Positions 8,891 through 18,796 of a stretch of DNA of 26,141 nucleotides are shown one piece after another (position 1 is the stretch's first letter; each line of letters starts with the position of its first letter). The notes under the pieces are model-generated. The model did not search any database and was not told where the DNA came from. It saw nothing but the letters and a program-made list of their open reading frames with translations. Made by a program: the position numbers and the translations under genes. Source of the stretch: Candidatus Thorarchaeota archaeon (GTDB taxonomy: Archaea; Asgardarchaeota; Thorarchaeia; Thorarchaeales; Thorarchaeaceae); contig PRDI01000097.1 in assembly GCA_003345595.1 (NCBI GenBank), forward strand, positions 1 through 26,141, read 5' to 3'.

Positions 8891-10684
8891 TTAGTTCTTC
8901 GTAATGGCCATTATGCGGAACTGGCCATCAACAACGTGTATTGTGGCGGTGAAGCTGTCTCCAATACCCAAGTTCAACAGTGTGTACCAGTCTGTGAGGT
9001 TCATCCAGGAGCGTGTTCCCTCGACATACCAGCATGTCGAGTTGTTCGTTCCAAGGACTATGTGGGTGTCGCCGCCCTCGACATACTGCGTCTTGTTCAC
9101 GACGTTGGCAGTCAGTTGGAATGTGTCTATGGGTACCAGTACCGTTCCCCCCAGAAGCGTGACGTAGCCAACTCGTGCCGCCTGCACTAGGGTCGGTCCT
9201 GACAAAACCCCGCCCAGTTCTTGAATGTAGAACTTGTCTACGTTACTGGCGTCAACAAGTGCAAGCGCGTGGAGCCTCATGTCTGAAACAGAAAACTCGC
9301 CCGATTCTTCATCATAGTAGCCATCTGCCCAGTAGATGGGGCAATACCAAGTCCACGTGGTCAGCGTAGAGTTGATCTCCACCGGGTAGAGTAGTGGCAT
9401 CGCACCATAGTAGCTGCCAGTGGCAGGAAGTGGCAACTGACTAATGACGTTGGCCTTTGCGGCCTCCCCGCTGATGTATCTAAACGAACTCAGGTCATAG
9501 TAGTAGACACCATTACGCGTGGCCCTGAAGATGCCGGCTAGGGCCTGTTCACTGGTCACAGGGTGGACCGCAATGAACGCCTCGACTGTCTGAGTGTCGG
9601 GGTTCAGGATGTAGCGTGTGTCCTCGGACATTTGCAGACGGTCGCTTGAGGGGGGCACGAACCAAAGGAAGCCACCAGCGAACAGATCAAAGCCTGATCC
9701 TCGTCTGTAGCCTCCCCATCTGCTGACCTGTCGTTCAAGCCATTCCTCTGCATACGCCTGAGTAATCCAGTAGGGCGTGTCTTGTATAGAGTCATAGCTG
9801 ACAATGGTACCGTTCTCGCAGTAGACGATTGGCCCGATGGCACGTTCCACGAAGTCAAACCCGAGAGGTGTCCTCGTCTGGACATACACCATGTTTCCTG
9901 TCGGGTCCCAGGTCGGATATGCATACTGATACGTGGCAGACATATCATTCAGGTAGTTGCCGAAATTAATGTTCCTGTCCCAGAAGAGTCCTTCACCGAC
10001 GGGTATTGTCGTCTGATTGATGAGTACGGGGCTGATTGTCTGCGGGTTATTGGCGTCCACGACGATGAACCCCTTGACGTAGTTCTCCGCAAGTACGTTC
10101 GACGAGACTATCGTGCAGACCCAGACGAGTTTCCCGAGCCTTGTCGTGATGTGTGCCGATGCAATGACCACATTGGAGCCAAAGGGTGACAGATGCTGTT
10201 TAGCCACATAAGTTGCATAGTCCTCTGTCACGAGTCTGACTCTTTCGTCTGGAATTGGGGCGGAGAAGAGTGCATCATGCTTCTCCTGGATCATTGAGTT
10301 GAAGAAAGTAGCGTTCGACACGTCCGATGTCCAAGACACCAGTCCTGAAAACAGCGGTACGACAAGCACAATGATCATGCCGAGGCAGACGACAGGAAGC
10401 TTTACCCCTTCGAATCCCCGCCCAAAGCGACTTGGCCTAACGCCGCCCGACACAAGAAGAAGCAGACCGAGGCTGAAGAGGAGGCTGAGTACTGCCCAAG
10501 GCAGAGTCGCCGCCATGACCAAGCATATCACAATCCATGCAATCGTGCCCCAGACAAGTCTGAAAGGAAGCCATCTGATGAGTCGGCCCATTCTCACCAT
10601 GTCTGAGGAGAAGGGAATCGGAATCGAGTGCACCAAGAGAGAGATTAGAAGAAAGAGCAAAACGTTCATCAAGAGTTCACCCAT
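8891..10684 (-). CDS. Hypothetical membrane protein: about 4 N-terminal TM helices plus a large extracytoplasmic domain
   Basis: 597-aa ORF; hydrophobic first ~120 aa; aromatic/beta-rich remainder with N-x-S/T sequons. Confidence 0.8.
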   Translation of the reverse strand: MGELLMNVLLFLLISLLVHSIPIPFSSDMVRMGRLIRWLPFRLVWGTIAWIVICLVMAATLPWAVLSLLFSLGLLLLVSGGVRPSRFGRGFEGVKLPVVCLGMIIVLVVPLFSGLVSWTSDVSNATFFNSMIQEKHDALFSAPIPDERVRLVTEDYATYVAKQHLSPFGSNVVIASAHITTRLGKLVWVCTIVSSNVLAENYVKGFIVVDANNPQTISPVLINQTTIPVGEGLFWDRNINFGNYLNDMSATYQYAYPTWDPTGNMVYVQTRTPLGFDFVERAIGPIVYCENGTIVSYDSIQDTPYWITQAYAEEWLERQVSRWGGYRRGSGFDLFAGGFLWFVPPSSDRLQMSEDTRYILNPDTQTVEAFIAVHPVTSEQALAGIFRATRNGVYYYDLSSFRYISGEAAKANVISQLPLPATGSYYGAMPLLYPVEINSTLTTWTWYCPIYWADGYYDEESGEFSVSDMRLHALALVDASNVDKFYIQELGGVLSGPTLVQAARVGYVTLLGGTVLVPIDTFQLTANVVNKTQYVEGGDTHIVLGTNNSTCWYVEGTRSWMNLTDWYTLLNLGIGDSFTATIHVVDGQFRIMAITKN

Positions 10685-10769
10685 ATCATGCAGACTTTGA
10701 GGAGGCTCTCGACAACCCCTTTTAGCGTTTTTGTCTTTATATGATATGGACGTGATGAAACCACGTGTC

Positions 10770-11285
10770 TCATGACTGCTTCCGCTTCTTCTTGCGATAC
10801 CAAGGAACTGCGCCGCCTGCCCGCAGAATCTCGAGCATCAACCGGGGCAATGGCTGGCCATGGAGGATTTGACCTGTCTCAACTACTGAAACAGCGCCCT
10901 TGACGAGGTTCACCTCCAGAGTCATGCCATCCTTAGCTGAATTAGTGATGTCAGGCACAATAAGAGCCGGAAGTCCGATGTTGAATGCGTTGCGATAGAA
11001 CAACCGCGAAAATGACTCTGCGACAACACACCCGACTCCTAGCTCCAACAACACATGAGGGGCTTCCTCCCTTGATGATCCTCCCCCGAAGTTCTCACCG
11101 GCTACCACTATGTCTCCTCTCTTTACATTCCCAGCGAACTCAGGCCGCGGAATCTCGAAGGCGTGTCCTGCCATCTCGGAGTAGTCGAGTATTGTCAAGT
11201 ACCGGCCTTGGATGATCTGGTCTGTATCCACGTTGTCACCAAAGAGCCATATCCTGCCGCTGAGAACCCCTGTCCCTTTTGGCAT
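10770..11285 (-). CDS. leuD: 3-isopropylmalate dehydratase/homoaconitase small subunit
   Basis: FGDNVDTDQIIQGRYL, GENFGGGSSREEAP, AESFSRLFYRNAFNIGLP; ATG overlaps the leuC stop. Confidence 0.9.
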   Translation of the reverse strand: MPKGTGVLSGRIWLFGDNVDTDQIIQGRYLTILDYSEMAGHAFEIPRPEFAGNVKRGDIVVAGENFGGGSSREEAPHVLLELGVGCVVAESFSRLFYRNAFNIGLPALIVPDITNSAKDGMTLEVNLVKGAVSVVETGQILHGQPLPRLMLEILRAGGAVPWYRKKKRKQS

Positions 11286-12562
11286 CACGCGGCCCTCCTT
11301 GGATCAGTGATCACTCCCTCTATGGCACTGGCAGCCACTGTCGCAGGCGAAGCAAGATAGACCTTGGAGTCAGGGTGCCCCATTCTTCCTCTGAAGTTTC
11401 GATTCGTGCTCGATATGCAGGTTTCCCCGGGACCTAGCACACCTAGGTGTCCGCCAACACATGCGCCGCACGTCGAGTTGGTGACGACAGCCCCTGCCCT
11501 GACAAAGGTCTCAACGTATCCGGACCTGAGCGCCTGAAGATAGGTGTCCCTACTTGCTGGCGTGATGACCATCCGACAACCTGCATTCACTCTCTTTCCT
11601 TTCAAGATACGGGCCGCAATCTCAAGGTCTTCCAATCGGCCGTTCGTACAAGAGCCAATGAACGCTTGGTCTATGCGGACTCCCTCGACCTCTGAGACAG
11701 GTCTTCCATTCGCAGGACTGTGAGGCAGCGCCACGATTGGGCCCAGGGGCTCTGAATTGAGGTCAATCTTTATTGTTTCCAAGTATTCTGCGTCTGTGTC
11801 AGGCAGTGTGGGGGTCCACTGTGCTGAGGGAGCATGGATACTGACCCAGTCCCTGACAGCATCATTCACTGTCATGAGACCACACTTGGCACCTGCTTCG
11901 ACAGTCATGTTGCACATCGTCATTCTCGAGGCCACAGACATCGAGTCGATCGTGAGACCATGGAATTCAATCGACCTATAGTTTGCCCCACTGGATCCGA
12001 GATCAGATACAATCTTCAGAATGAGGTCCTTGCTCATGACCATTTCCGGGAGTCTACCAGTCGTTTCAATTCTAATCGACTCTGGTACCCTGAACCAACA
12101 CTTGCCAGTGGCTAGGATGATAGCGCTGTCCGTTGCTGCGAGACCAGTCGAGAACGCATTGAAGGCTCCATAGGTCGTCGAATGCGAATCACTCCCTATT
12201 ACTAGGTCACCCGGCTTGACAAGTCCCATCTCAGGAAGAACCTGATGGCATATACCACAGTCCACATCGCAGAAGTGAGTAATACCCTGCTGCCTCACGA
12301 AACGCCTGTTCCTTATGTGTATCTCAGCGCTCTGCGTGTCCGAGGCTGGGGCCCAATGGTCGTTGACCACCAGAATTCTCTCTGGGTCCCACACCTTCTC
12401 AACTCCCATCTCCTCAAGCACCGACAGGATCCTTGAGCCCAATACCTCATGCACCATCAGCAGGTCAACGGATGCGTCAACAATCTCTCCTGCCGAGGCC
12501 TTTCCTGTTTCAGTATGGGTGCCAAGCAGTTTCTCGGCGAGAGTCTTGCCCAGCTTTATCAC
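11285..12562 (-). CDS. leuC: 3-isopropylmalate dehydratase/homoaconitase large subunit
   Basis: GKTLAEK, GICHQV, GSDSHSTTYGA, IGSCTNGR, CGACVG, STNRNFRGRMG, LASPATVAASA. Start revised from 12643 to GTG 12562 (or CTG 12553) at the leuB stop. Confidence 0.92.
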   Translation of the reverse strand: MIKLGKTLAEKLLGTHTETGKASAGEIVDASVDLLMVHEVLGSRILSVLEEMGVEKVWDPERILVVNDHWAPASDTQSAEIHIRNRRFVRQQGITHFCDVDCGICHQVLPEMGLVKPGDLVIGSDSHSTTYGAFNAFSTGLAATDSAIILATGKCWFRVPESIRIETTGRLPEMVMSKDLILKIVSDLGSSGANYRSIEFHGLTIDSMSVASRMTMCNMTVEAGAKCGLMTVNDAVRDWVSIHAPSAQWTPTLPDTDAEYLETIKIDLNSEPLGPIVALPHSPANGRPVSEVEGVRIDQAFIGSCTNGRLEDLEIAARILKGKRVNAGCRMVITPASRDTYLQALRSGYVETFVRAGAVVTNSTCGACVGGHLGVLGPGETCISSTNRNFRGRMGHPDSKVYLASPATVAASAIEGVITDPRRAA

Positions 12563-13719
12563 CCCTGACTTCCGATTTTCTTCACTGTGTCTGCAATCCG
12601 GGCCCCAACATAGTCTGTTGATGAGGGCTTGACGCTCGCCCATGGCCCCAGACAGAGATCATAGGTCCGGGTTCTTCCATCTTTGAGGACCTTGGCAACT
12701 GACTCTCTGATTATTCGGGCCCCTTCCAGACAGCTGCGGTCTCGGCGCCTTGAGCCAAGCCAGTCCAGCATCATGCTAGAAGCCAAGATTGACGCCACAG
12801 GGTTTGCATCGTTCTTTCCGTAGTGTTTTGGTGCTGAACCGTGTACGGGTTCGAACACTCCATGCTTGTCACCGATGTTGCCTGCAGGCGCCACACCGAG
12901 GCCTCCCTGGATCGCTGCTCCAAGGTCCGTTATTATGTCACCAAACTCGTTTGGAGCCACCACCAAGTCATAATACTCGGGTTTCCTCACACACCACTGA
13001 GTCCAAGCGTCCACGTAGGAGTAGTCTCTCTGCACCTGAGGGAACTGCTCCGCAACCTGATTGAAGACCTCTCTGAAGAGCTGACATCCAGCCAAGAGAT
13101 TGCTCTTGTCTACACAGGTGACTCTTCTTACGCCGTCTGCTGGGGCTCCGTTCCTGATCATCGACTGCTCAAAAGAGAACTTCACAACCCTTTCCGAGCC
13201 TTTCCTTGTGATGATGCGGACGTCCACTGCCATCTCCTTCGACCCTCCCCTCGAGAAGCTACCCCGTATCGGGGCATACAAGCCCTCAGTGTTCTCTCTC
13301 ACTATGACCATGTCTATGTGTCTGGGGTCCTTATCTGCGAGTGGTGTCGGTACTCCCTGATACAGCTTGACGGGACGCACATTAGCATACAGATCTAGGT
13401 CCATTCTCAGACCTATCGCAATGCCGTACCCAGCTAGATTCCCGTCCGGAAGTCTTACCGATTCGCCATCCGCCCGCACGGCTCCGACCGCGCCCAGGAG
13501 CACTGCGTCCGCCTCATTCTTGACGAAGGTTTCTGCCTCTTTCGACCATTCACGTCCAGCCGTTAGGTAGTATTCTCCTCCACACTCGAACTCATGTTTC
13601 TCAAGCCGAAGCCCACTGATAGTTTCCTCTGCTGCTTCGAGAACTCGTACAGCCTGAGGTGTGACCTCGCGTCCTATTCCGTCACCGGGCAGCACAGCGA
13701 GCTTGTACTTCCGAGTCAA
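12559..13719 (-). CDS. leuB: Isocitrate/isopropylmalate/tartrate dehydrogenase family beta-decarboxylating dehydrogenase
   Basis: [57 protein letters not shown]; TTG start after GGTGGTGA SD. Substrate is uncertain. Confidence 0.85.
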   Translation of the reverse strand: MTRKYKLAVLPGDGIGREVTPQAVRVLEAAEETISGLRLEKHEFECGGEYYLTAGREWSKEAETFVKNEADAVLLGAVGAVRADGESVRLPDGNLAGYGIAIGLRMDLDLYANVRPVKLYQGVPTPLADKDPRHIDMVIVRENTEGLYAPIRGSFSRGGSKEMAVDVRIITRKGSERVVKFSFEQSMIRNGAPADGVRRVTCVDKSNLLAGCQLFREVFNQVAEQFPQVQRDYSYVDAWTQWCVRKPEYYDLVVAPNEFGDIITDLGAAIQGGLGVAPAGNIGDKHGVFEPVHGSAPKHYGKNDANPVASILASSMMLDWLGSRRRDRSCLEGARIIRESVAKVLKDGRTRTYDLCLGPWASVKPSSTDYVGARIADTVKKIGSQG

Positions 13720-13729
13720 CGTTCACCAC

Positions 13730-14071
13730 CTAGAAGTTGCCGAGCCAACCAAGGTCATTTCCCCTATCGTCGAGCAGGCTGACCATTGTGTCGATTCTCG
13801 CACCGTCCACGTACCGAATCTTGCACCGGATTGTGAACGTTCTGCCACACTTCTGGCACTTCACGAGCCAGTCCTCAACAACTCTCTCCAGTCCATGACC
13901 TTTTGTAGTTTGAGGATCCCTTTTCACGCTAACGAGGGCGATTTCTTTTCCGTCGCACGCATAAGTGCACTCCTTGAGGGGTATCGGTTCCATACCTCTT
14001 TGACCAAGAGGAACGAACACCTCGTTAGGCAAGTCATCGAGGGTTGGGGCGTGTTCCATGTGTGACACCAT
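13730..14071 (-). CDS. Small putative Zn-binding hypothetical protein
   Basis: CTYAC and CQKC pairs; C-terminal LGWLGNF; ends 10 nt before leuB. Confidence 0.75.
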   Translation of the reverse strand: MVSHMEHAPTLDDLPNEVFVPLGQRGMEPIPLKECTYACDGKEIALVSVKRDPQTTKGHGLERVVEDWLVKCQKCGRTFTIRCKIRYVDGARIDTMVSLLDDRGNDLGWLGNF

Positions 14072-14094
14072 CTATAGGCTTGACAGGCGCTACG

Positions 14095-14102
14095 GATAAA
14101 TG
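14095..14102. promoter_or_regulatory. Putative shared bidirectional TATA-like element
   Basis: ATAAAT at 14096-14101 lies 24 nt from ATG 14071 (-) and 23 nt from ATG 14125 (+) in a 53-nt divergent gap. Confidence 0.5.
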
Positions 14103-14124
14103 AGGCGGTTGGGACTCCACACCT

Positions 14125-15030
14125 ATGCGGCTTGTGACCTATTCGAGACTCGGTGTGCCTTCGATTGGCCTAGAACTTGACACTGGCATTCTTGACATCC
14201 CGGATGCAGCGTCATGTTTTGGCAGAACGTACCATGTTCATGGCTACAAGTTTCCTAACACAATGATTGACCTCCTCAACTGGGAAGCTGGAATTGAGGT
14301 CGTCAAACAGATCCTTTCCCGATTCCTAAAAGCCCCTGCCGAAGAGCGACCATTGACTTACGGTCGCTCCGACATCAGACTCGAAGCTCCTATTCCAAAG
14401 CCAGGGAAGATAATAGCTTTGGGTCTCAACTACAAGAGCCACATAAGGGAGCTCGGAGAGGAGCCACCCAAGTTTCCTGTTGTGTTTGCGAAGTTCTCTT
14501 CATCTGTCATTGGACCTGATAGACCAGTAGCCGTTCCCAGGGTGACCAGCAAGCTCGACTGGGAGGTAGAACTGGCGATTGTCATCGGCAAGGCCTGCAA
14601 AGACGTACCCGAGAAGGATGCCCTGAAGTACGTAGCAGGTTACACCATTGTGAACGATTTGACCGCAAGGGAGCTTCAGAAGATCGACGTCCAGTGGGTG
14701 AGGGCCAAGTCGCTCGATGGACTCTGTCCCATGGGCCCCGCAATTGTCACGACAGATGAACTGGGCGATGCGTCTGGACTCAGGCTGTACACCAAGGTAA
14801 ATGGTGTGACAAAGCAAGACTCGAACACATCCGACCTGCTGTATGGAGTTCCTCAACTTGTTTCCATGCTCTCTGGATCGTTCACCCTAGAGCCCGGCGA
14901 CATAATCTCCACCGGGACACCGTCCGGTGTCGGGTTCAAGCGCAACCCCCCAGAATATCTCAAAGCAGGTGACAAGATGGAGCTATGGATTGAGAAGATC
15001 GGTTACCTGAAGAACTGGATTGTTGCCTGA
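14125..15030 (+). CDS. Fumarylacetoacetate hydrolase (FAH) family protein
   Basis: KIIALGLNY..H, LDWEVELAIVIG, NDLTARELQ, RAKSLDGLCPMGP, LEPGDIISTGTPSGVG. Confidence 0.92.
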   Translation: MRLVTYSRLGVPSIGLELDTGILDIPDAASCFGRTYHVHGYKFPNTMIDLLNWEAGIEVVKQILSRFLKAPAEERPLTYGRSDIRLEAPIPKPGKIIALGLNYKSHIRELGEEPPKFPVVFAKFSSSVIGPDRPVAVPRVTSKLDWEVELAIVIGKACKDVPEKDALKYVAGYTIVNDLTARELQKIDVQWVRAKSLDGLCPMGPAIVTTDELGDASGLRLYTKVNGVTKQDSNTSDLLYGVPQLVSMLSGSFTLEPGDIISTGTPSGVGFKRNPPEYLKAGDKMELWIEKIGYLKNWIVA

Positions 15031-15089
15031 GGATATTGCCCGAATCATCCAGAAGTTCGCATGCTGAGGAGTCTGCGCTAGGGGATGGT

Positions 15090-17390
15090 TCATCGGCCCC
15101 TGAACCTGACCTTGACAATCTGTCCTGTCTTGAATACCTGCCGCACAGCCACGACCTCTGGTGCCACCTGCTCCAGTTTCGCGTCGACGCCATCCACAAG
15201 AGCTTTCTCCGGGCGCCAATTGCTACCGTAAACGAAGAACACGGCCTCCGAATCCCTTGTGTTCACGGCTATGGTAGTACTTAGCTCATGCCTAGACGAG
15301 TCCCACGACATGCCGTTGAGTTCTACAGCCCCCTGGGTGAAATGCATGGTTGTGCTGAGGACCGTTGGTACCTTCGTTTCGGGTTTGACCGCGAGCAGCT
15401 TGCAGGAGTGAGGATTGAGACCCTTAATCACTACGGTCTTCTCAGACAATCCTAGATACTCCTGTTTCCAGAAGTCGAAGACGTAGTGAAGCTTGGTCGG
15501 GTCAAGGCCCATATCGCCGAGAGGGAAGGTGACATCTATGGGTTTGTCTGTCAGATTGACAGCTGCCGCCACTGCCCAAAGTCCGAGAGGAGTTTCGATG
15601 GGCAAGACGAACATGCTCGGCTCTGGCCTTACTAGGGCATCCAACGCAAAAGCACCCTTTCCATACGGGGGCAGGATTCTATCAAGGAGTCGAAGACGTT
15701 CTTCGGAAACGTCCATCATGCGGTCGCTGAGCAGGACCAAACCTCCGCTCAGGGCTACTAGCGAAACCCACAGCCGGACCTCATCCATTGTCAGTTGAGT
15801 GTCATCCTGTCTCACTAAGACACAGTCGGGGTCGTTGATCCACCATCGACCGTTGAGTACGGATCGCGACATTGTATTGATTGCGCATTCATAGACCCCG
15901 AGTCCCATGGTTTCATATCGCCACACGGAAGCTATGTCTGTGCCTATCCTCATGGCATTGGTGATTCCGACGCAGGGACCAAGAGGCGCCCCACAACCAA
16001 GAATGAGGTCCTCGCCTACTGCCTTTCTTACCGTTTCAAGCCCGAGTCGAAGAGCCTCCGCACGGGTAACATTCATGTCCTGCCTGATCCCCGGCTTGAC
16101 GGCATGGTGGAGGAAGTCTATCTTGAAATACTCGTACCCATCTGCCTTGAGACTCTTGAAGAGTTCCTCAATGTGACTGAGTACTGCAGGGTTGGTCAGG
16201 TCCAGTGCGTAGTAGTTGCCCAGCCAAAGGACATTCTGGTCAACAGCAATTGGGTTTCCGTCTTCGTCACGCACAAACCAGTCGGGTCTGTCCTTGAACA
16301 GTACTGAATGCTCGGTCGCCACAAATGGAGCTGTCCATATGCCTGCTCTATGACCAGTGTTCCTAATTCTGTCGGCGAGATTCTTGAGCCCGCTACTGAA
16401 CCTGGAATTGCATTCCCAGTCGCCAACGGTCTTTTGGAACCCATCATCCAGCTGTATCCACTCTACGGAGTCGGCAAACCTTCTCTGAACAAACTCGGAG
16501 TTTGCGACAATCTCGTCCTGATCGGGCATTGTGTAGTAGAAATACCAGCTGCACCAGCCTGTAGGCACATTCTTCCATGTGACGGCTCTCATTCGATGAG
16601 ATGTGACATCGACATAAGTGCGAAGCCCACGGAGTGGCTCGTGTGTTGCCACCAACAACATCTCTTCTGACATCATGCTGTGTTTGTCAGGTAGAGATAC
16701 ATTGTCACACTGACAAGTGCAGGCGACACGTGCGAGGCGATTCTCCTGTGTTTGCCGCCCGAAGACTGACACTGTCGAGAACTGATTTGCCAAAGTAGCA
16801 AAACCCATGACTAGGGCAGCACCAGTGTCTGGGTTATTAAGCACTGAGAAGAAGTGGCTTGTGTTCTCTCCCGAAGCGACCTGTGTTGCCTGCGTGAGTT
16901 CCCACGAGTGAAAGCCATTCTTGAAGAACCTGAGGCTTTCTCCACTCCAGCCTGTATAGACTCTCGACCCGTCATCTACGTCAATCAGAAGAGTCTCAAT
17001 GGATGTCATCTTCAACTCATGACCTGTGTTGTTCTTGAACTGGACAACGCACGAGTAACCTGGACGGTCTTTGACAACAACCAGCTTGATGTGCATGTCA
17101 ACAGTGGCTGCAGGATCCTGGAGTTTCAACACCACTGCCTTGCCCTCATCTCGCCCGTCATGAAAGTCTAGAGTACTGATGCCCCTGTAGACCATCTTGC
17201 GCGAATCAAAGACGCCGGCATCGGTGTGCACTTGGACGTACCCTCTAGAGAAGCACATAGTCTTCTCGTCTGATTCGGTGAGCATTATGAGGCCAAGCCG
17301 TGTGTCAAAGAACAACGAAACCAGTCCATTGCTTAACCGTATCCCGGCATCAGCTACCTCAAGTCTGCATGATGAGTCTCGTTTCGTCAC
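15090..17390 (-). CDS. Alpha-galactosidase, glycoside hydrolase family 36 (clan D)
   Basis: PTGWCSWY, IQLDDGFQ, GIWTAPF, LDLTNP, FKIDF (nucleophile), MRIGTD (acid/base), WINDPDC; GTG start after GAGGGAGG; no signal peptide. Confidence 0.9.
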   Translation of the reverse strand: MTKRDSSCRLEVADAGIRLSNGLVSLFFDTRLGLIMLTESDEKTMCFSRGYVQVHTDAGVFDSRKMVYRGISTLDFHDGRDEGKAVVLKLQDPAATVDMHIKLVVVKDRPGYSCVVQFKNNTGHELKMTSIETLLIDVDDGSRVYTGWSGESLRFFKNGFHSWELTQATQVASGENTSHFFSVLNNPDTGAALVMGFATLANQFSTVSVFGRQTQENRLARVACTCQCDNVSLPDKHSMMSEEMLLVATHEPLRGLRTYVDVTSHRMRAVTWKNVPTGWCSWYFYYTMPDQDEIVANSEFVQRRFADSVEWIQLDDGFQKTVGDWECNSRFSSGLKNLADRIRNTGHRAGIWTAPFVATEHSVLFKDRPDWFVRDEDGNPIAVDQNVLWLGNYYALDLTNPAVLSHIEELFKSLKADGYEYFKIDFLHHAVKPGIRQDMNVTRAEALRLGLETVRKAVGEDLILGCGAPLGPCVGITNAMRIGTDIASVWRYETMGLGVYECAINTMSRSVLNGRWWINDPDCVLVRQDDTQLTMDEVRLWVSLVALSGGLVLLSDRMMDVSEERLRLLDRILPPYGKGAFALDALVRPEPSMFVLPIETPLGLWAVAAAVNLTDKPIDVTFPLGDMGLDPTKLHYVFDFWKQEYLGLSEKTVVIKGLNPHSCKLLAVKPETKVPTVLSTTMHFTQGAVELNGMSWDSSRHELSTTIAVNTRDSEAVFFVYGSNWRPEKALVDGVDAKLEQVAPEVVAVRQVFKTGQIVKVRFRGR

Positions 17391-17474
17391 GATGGTCTGC
17401 CTCCCTCAAGTCGTACCGTGATGGCCTTCTTATTCTTGCTGTGTCTGAGAGGTCCGTGCCGCGATGACTCGGCA

Positions 17475-18023
17475 CTATGTGGAGCTTCGGAGTTGCGATG
17501 CCCTGTTCATTGCCTCTTCTGCTTCGTCGTATTCGAAGAGTCGCTTGTGGGCATTCGCGAGCATTTCCCATACATCTCGATCCTTTGGCTGCATGGCTAG
17601 ATACTTCGTACAGTACAGCTTCACGGCCTCCCAGTCGTTAAGCTGTTCACTGCAGCGCGCCGCATAGTACAGTGCTCTCTTGTGATCCATCTTCGGACCC
17701 ATCAGTCCTCTGAATATGTCCAGTGCTTCTTGCCACTCTCCTCTCTCAAAGTACTCCACTCCCTCCTTTAGCTTGTCTTCCATCTCACCATATGCAGGCA
17801 TTCTTGCAGCGTAGGATCCGGTGAGGAGATACGATGAACAGCACAGGAGAGCTACCGAGATGGTGATGCTCCCGCCCAGGATCAGCCCTGGCGCCACTGG
17901 AATAGCCCCTTGAGCGGCAATCCATGCCATAGCGACTCCTGAAATGAAGACGATTGTTGCCGAGAGAGAAACCCATCTGACCTTGCCGCTGCCGCTCGGT
18001 GAACGGTCATCATGTTCTGGCAT
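17475..18023 (-). CDS. Two-TM membrane protein with C-terminal TPR repeats
   Basis: Two hydrophobic segments then about 3 TPR-like helical pairs (GVEYFERGEWQEALDIF, ALYYAARC, VWEMLANAH); GAGGTG SD favours a start at 18023/18026. Confidence 0.8.
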   Translation of the reverse strand: MPEHDDRSPSGSGKVRWVSLSATIVFISGVAMAWIAAQGAIPVAPGLILGGSITISVALLCCSSYLLTGSYAARMPAYGEMEDKLKEGVEYFERGEWQEALDIFRGLMGPKMDHKRALYYAARCSEQLNDWEAVKLYCTKYLAMQPKDRDVWEMLANAHKRLFEYDEAEEAMNRASQLRSST

Positions 18024-18093
18024 CACAGTGAGCACCTCGAACCGGGCGCACGTGGGTCTCTTTTAGAGTTGATGAACCCTGCTATTACCCTGT

Positions 18094-18744
18094 CTATGAG
18101 TCGCCATTCAGGTTGAGATCGAGTCGCTTAGCAGGCTCAGTTCGCTTCTCGTATTCTTCCTGATCTTTTTGAGCATTCAGCCGGGCGCGTGAAACATGTA
18201 TCCACTGCTCGACCATCTCAGACAGCTTAGGGTCGAGTTTGACTGCGAGCTCGGCATAGGCAATTGCATGTTCGTCGTCACCCTCAATGAAATGAGCATT
18301 GGCCTTGTTGTAGAAGGCCTGCGCATAATCAGGCTTCAGTGCAACGGCACGCGTGTATGACTCGATGGCCTCTTTTCCCTCTCCGAGTCGGGATTGGCTG
18401 TCGCCTAGGTTGTTCCAGGCTTCTGCATCATCGGGTCTGAGTTCTACTGCTTTCTCGTAGCACTGCTTGGCTCCTTTGAAGTCCTTGAGCTGATAGAGCA
18501 CAGTTCCCTTGTTGAACCATATCTCGAAGATCATAGTGTCTATAGCCAGTGCCTCGTCGTACGCTCTGACGGCATCCTCGCTCCTGTTGGCCTCTGCCAG
18601 TGCCACGCCAAGGTTGTACCAGCCCTCTATCGAGTGAGGATTCTCCTTTGTGAATTCCTGCAACAGTCGGACTGCTTCTTCGTGGTGGCCGACCTTGATC
18701 AACCTAACTGCTTGACGGATGGTTCGATTGCTCTTCTGAGTCAA
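18094..18744 (-). CDS. Tetratricopeptide repeat protein
   Basis: About 5 canonical TPRs (WYNLGVAL, WFNKGTVL, AWNNLG, AFYNKA); TTG start. Confidence 0.9.
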   Translation of the reverse strand: MTQKSNRTIRQAVRLIKVGHHEEAVRLLQEFTKENPHSIEGWYNLGVALAEANRSEDAVRAYDEALAIDTMIFEIWFNKGTVLYQLKDFKGAKQCYEKAVELRPDDAEAWNNLGDSQSRLGEGKEAIESYTRAVALKPDYAQAFYNKANAHFIEGDDEHAIAYAELAVKLDPKLSEMVEQWIHVSRARLNAQKDQEEYEKRTEPAKRLDLNLNGDS

Positions 18745-18796
18745 ACTAATACCGCGTGGCTCGGTCTGTGAAGCGGGATAAGTATTGCGAAGGAAC

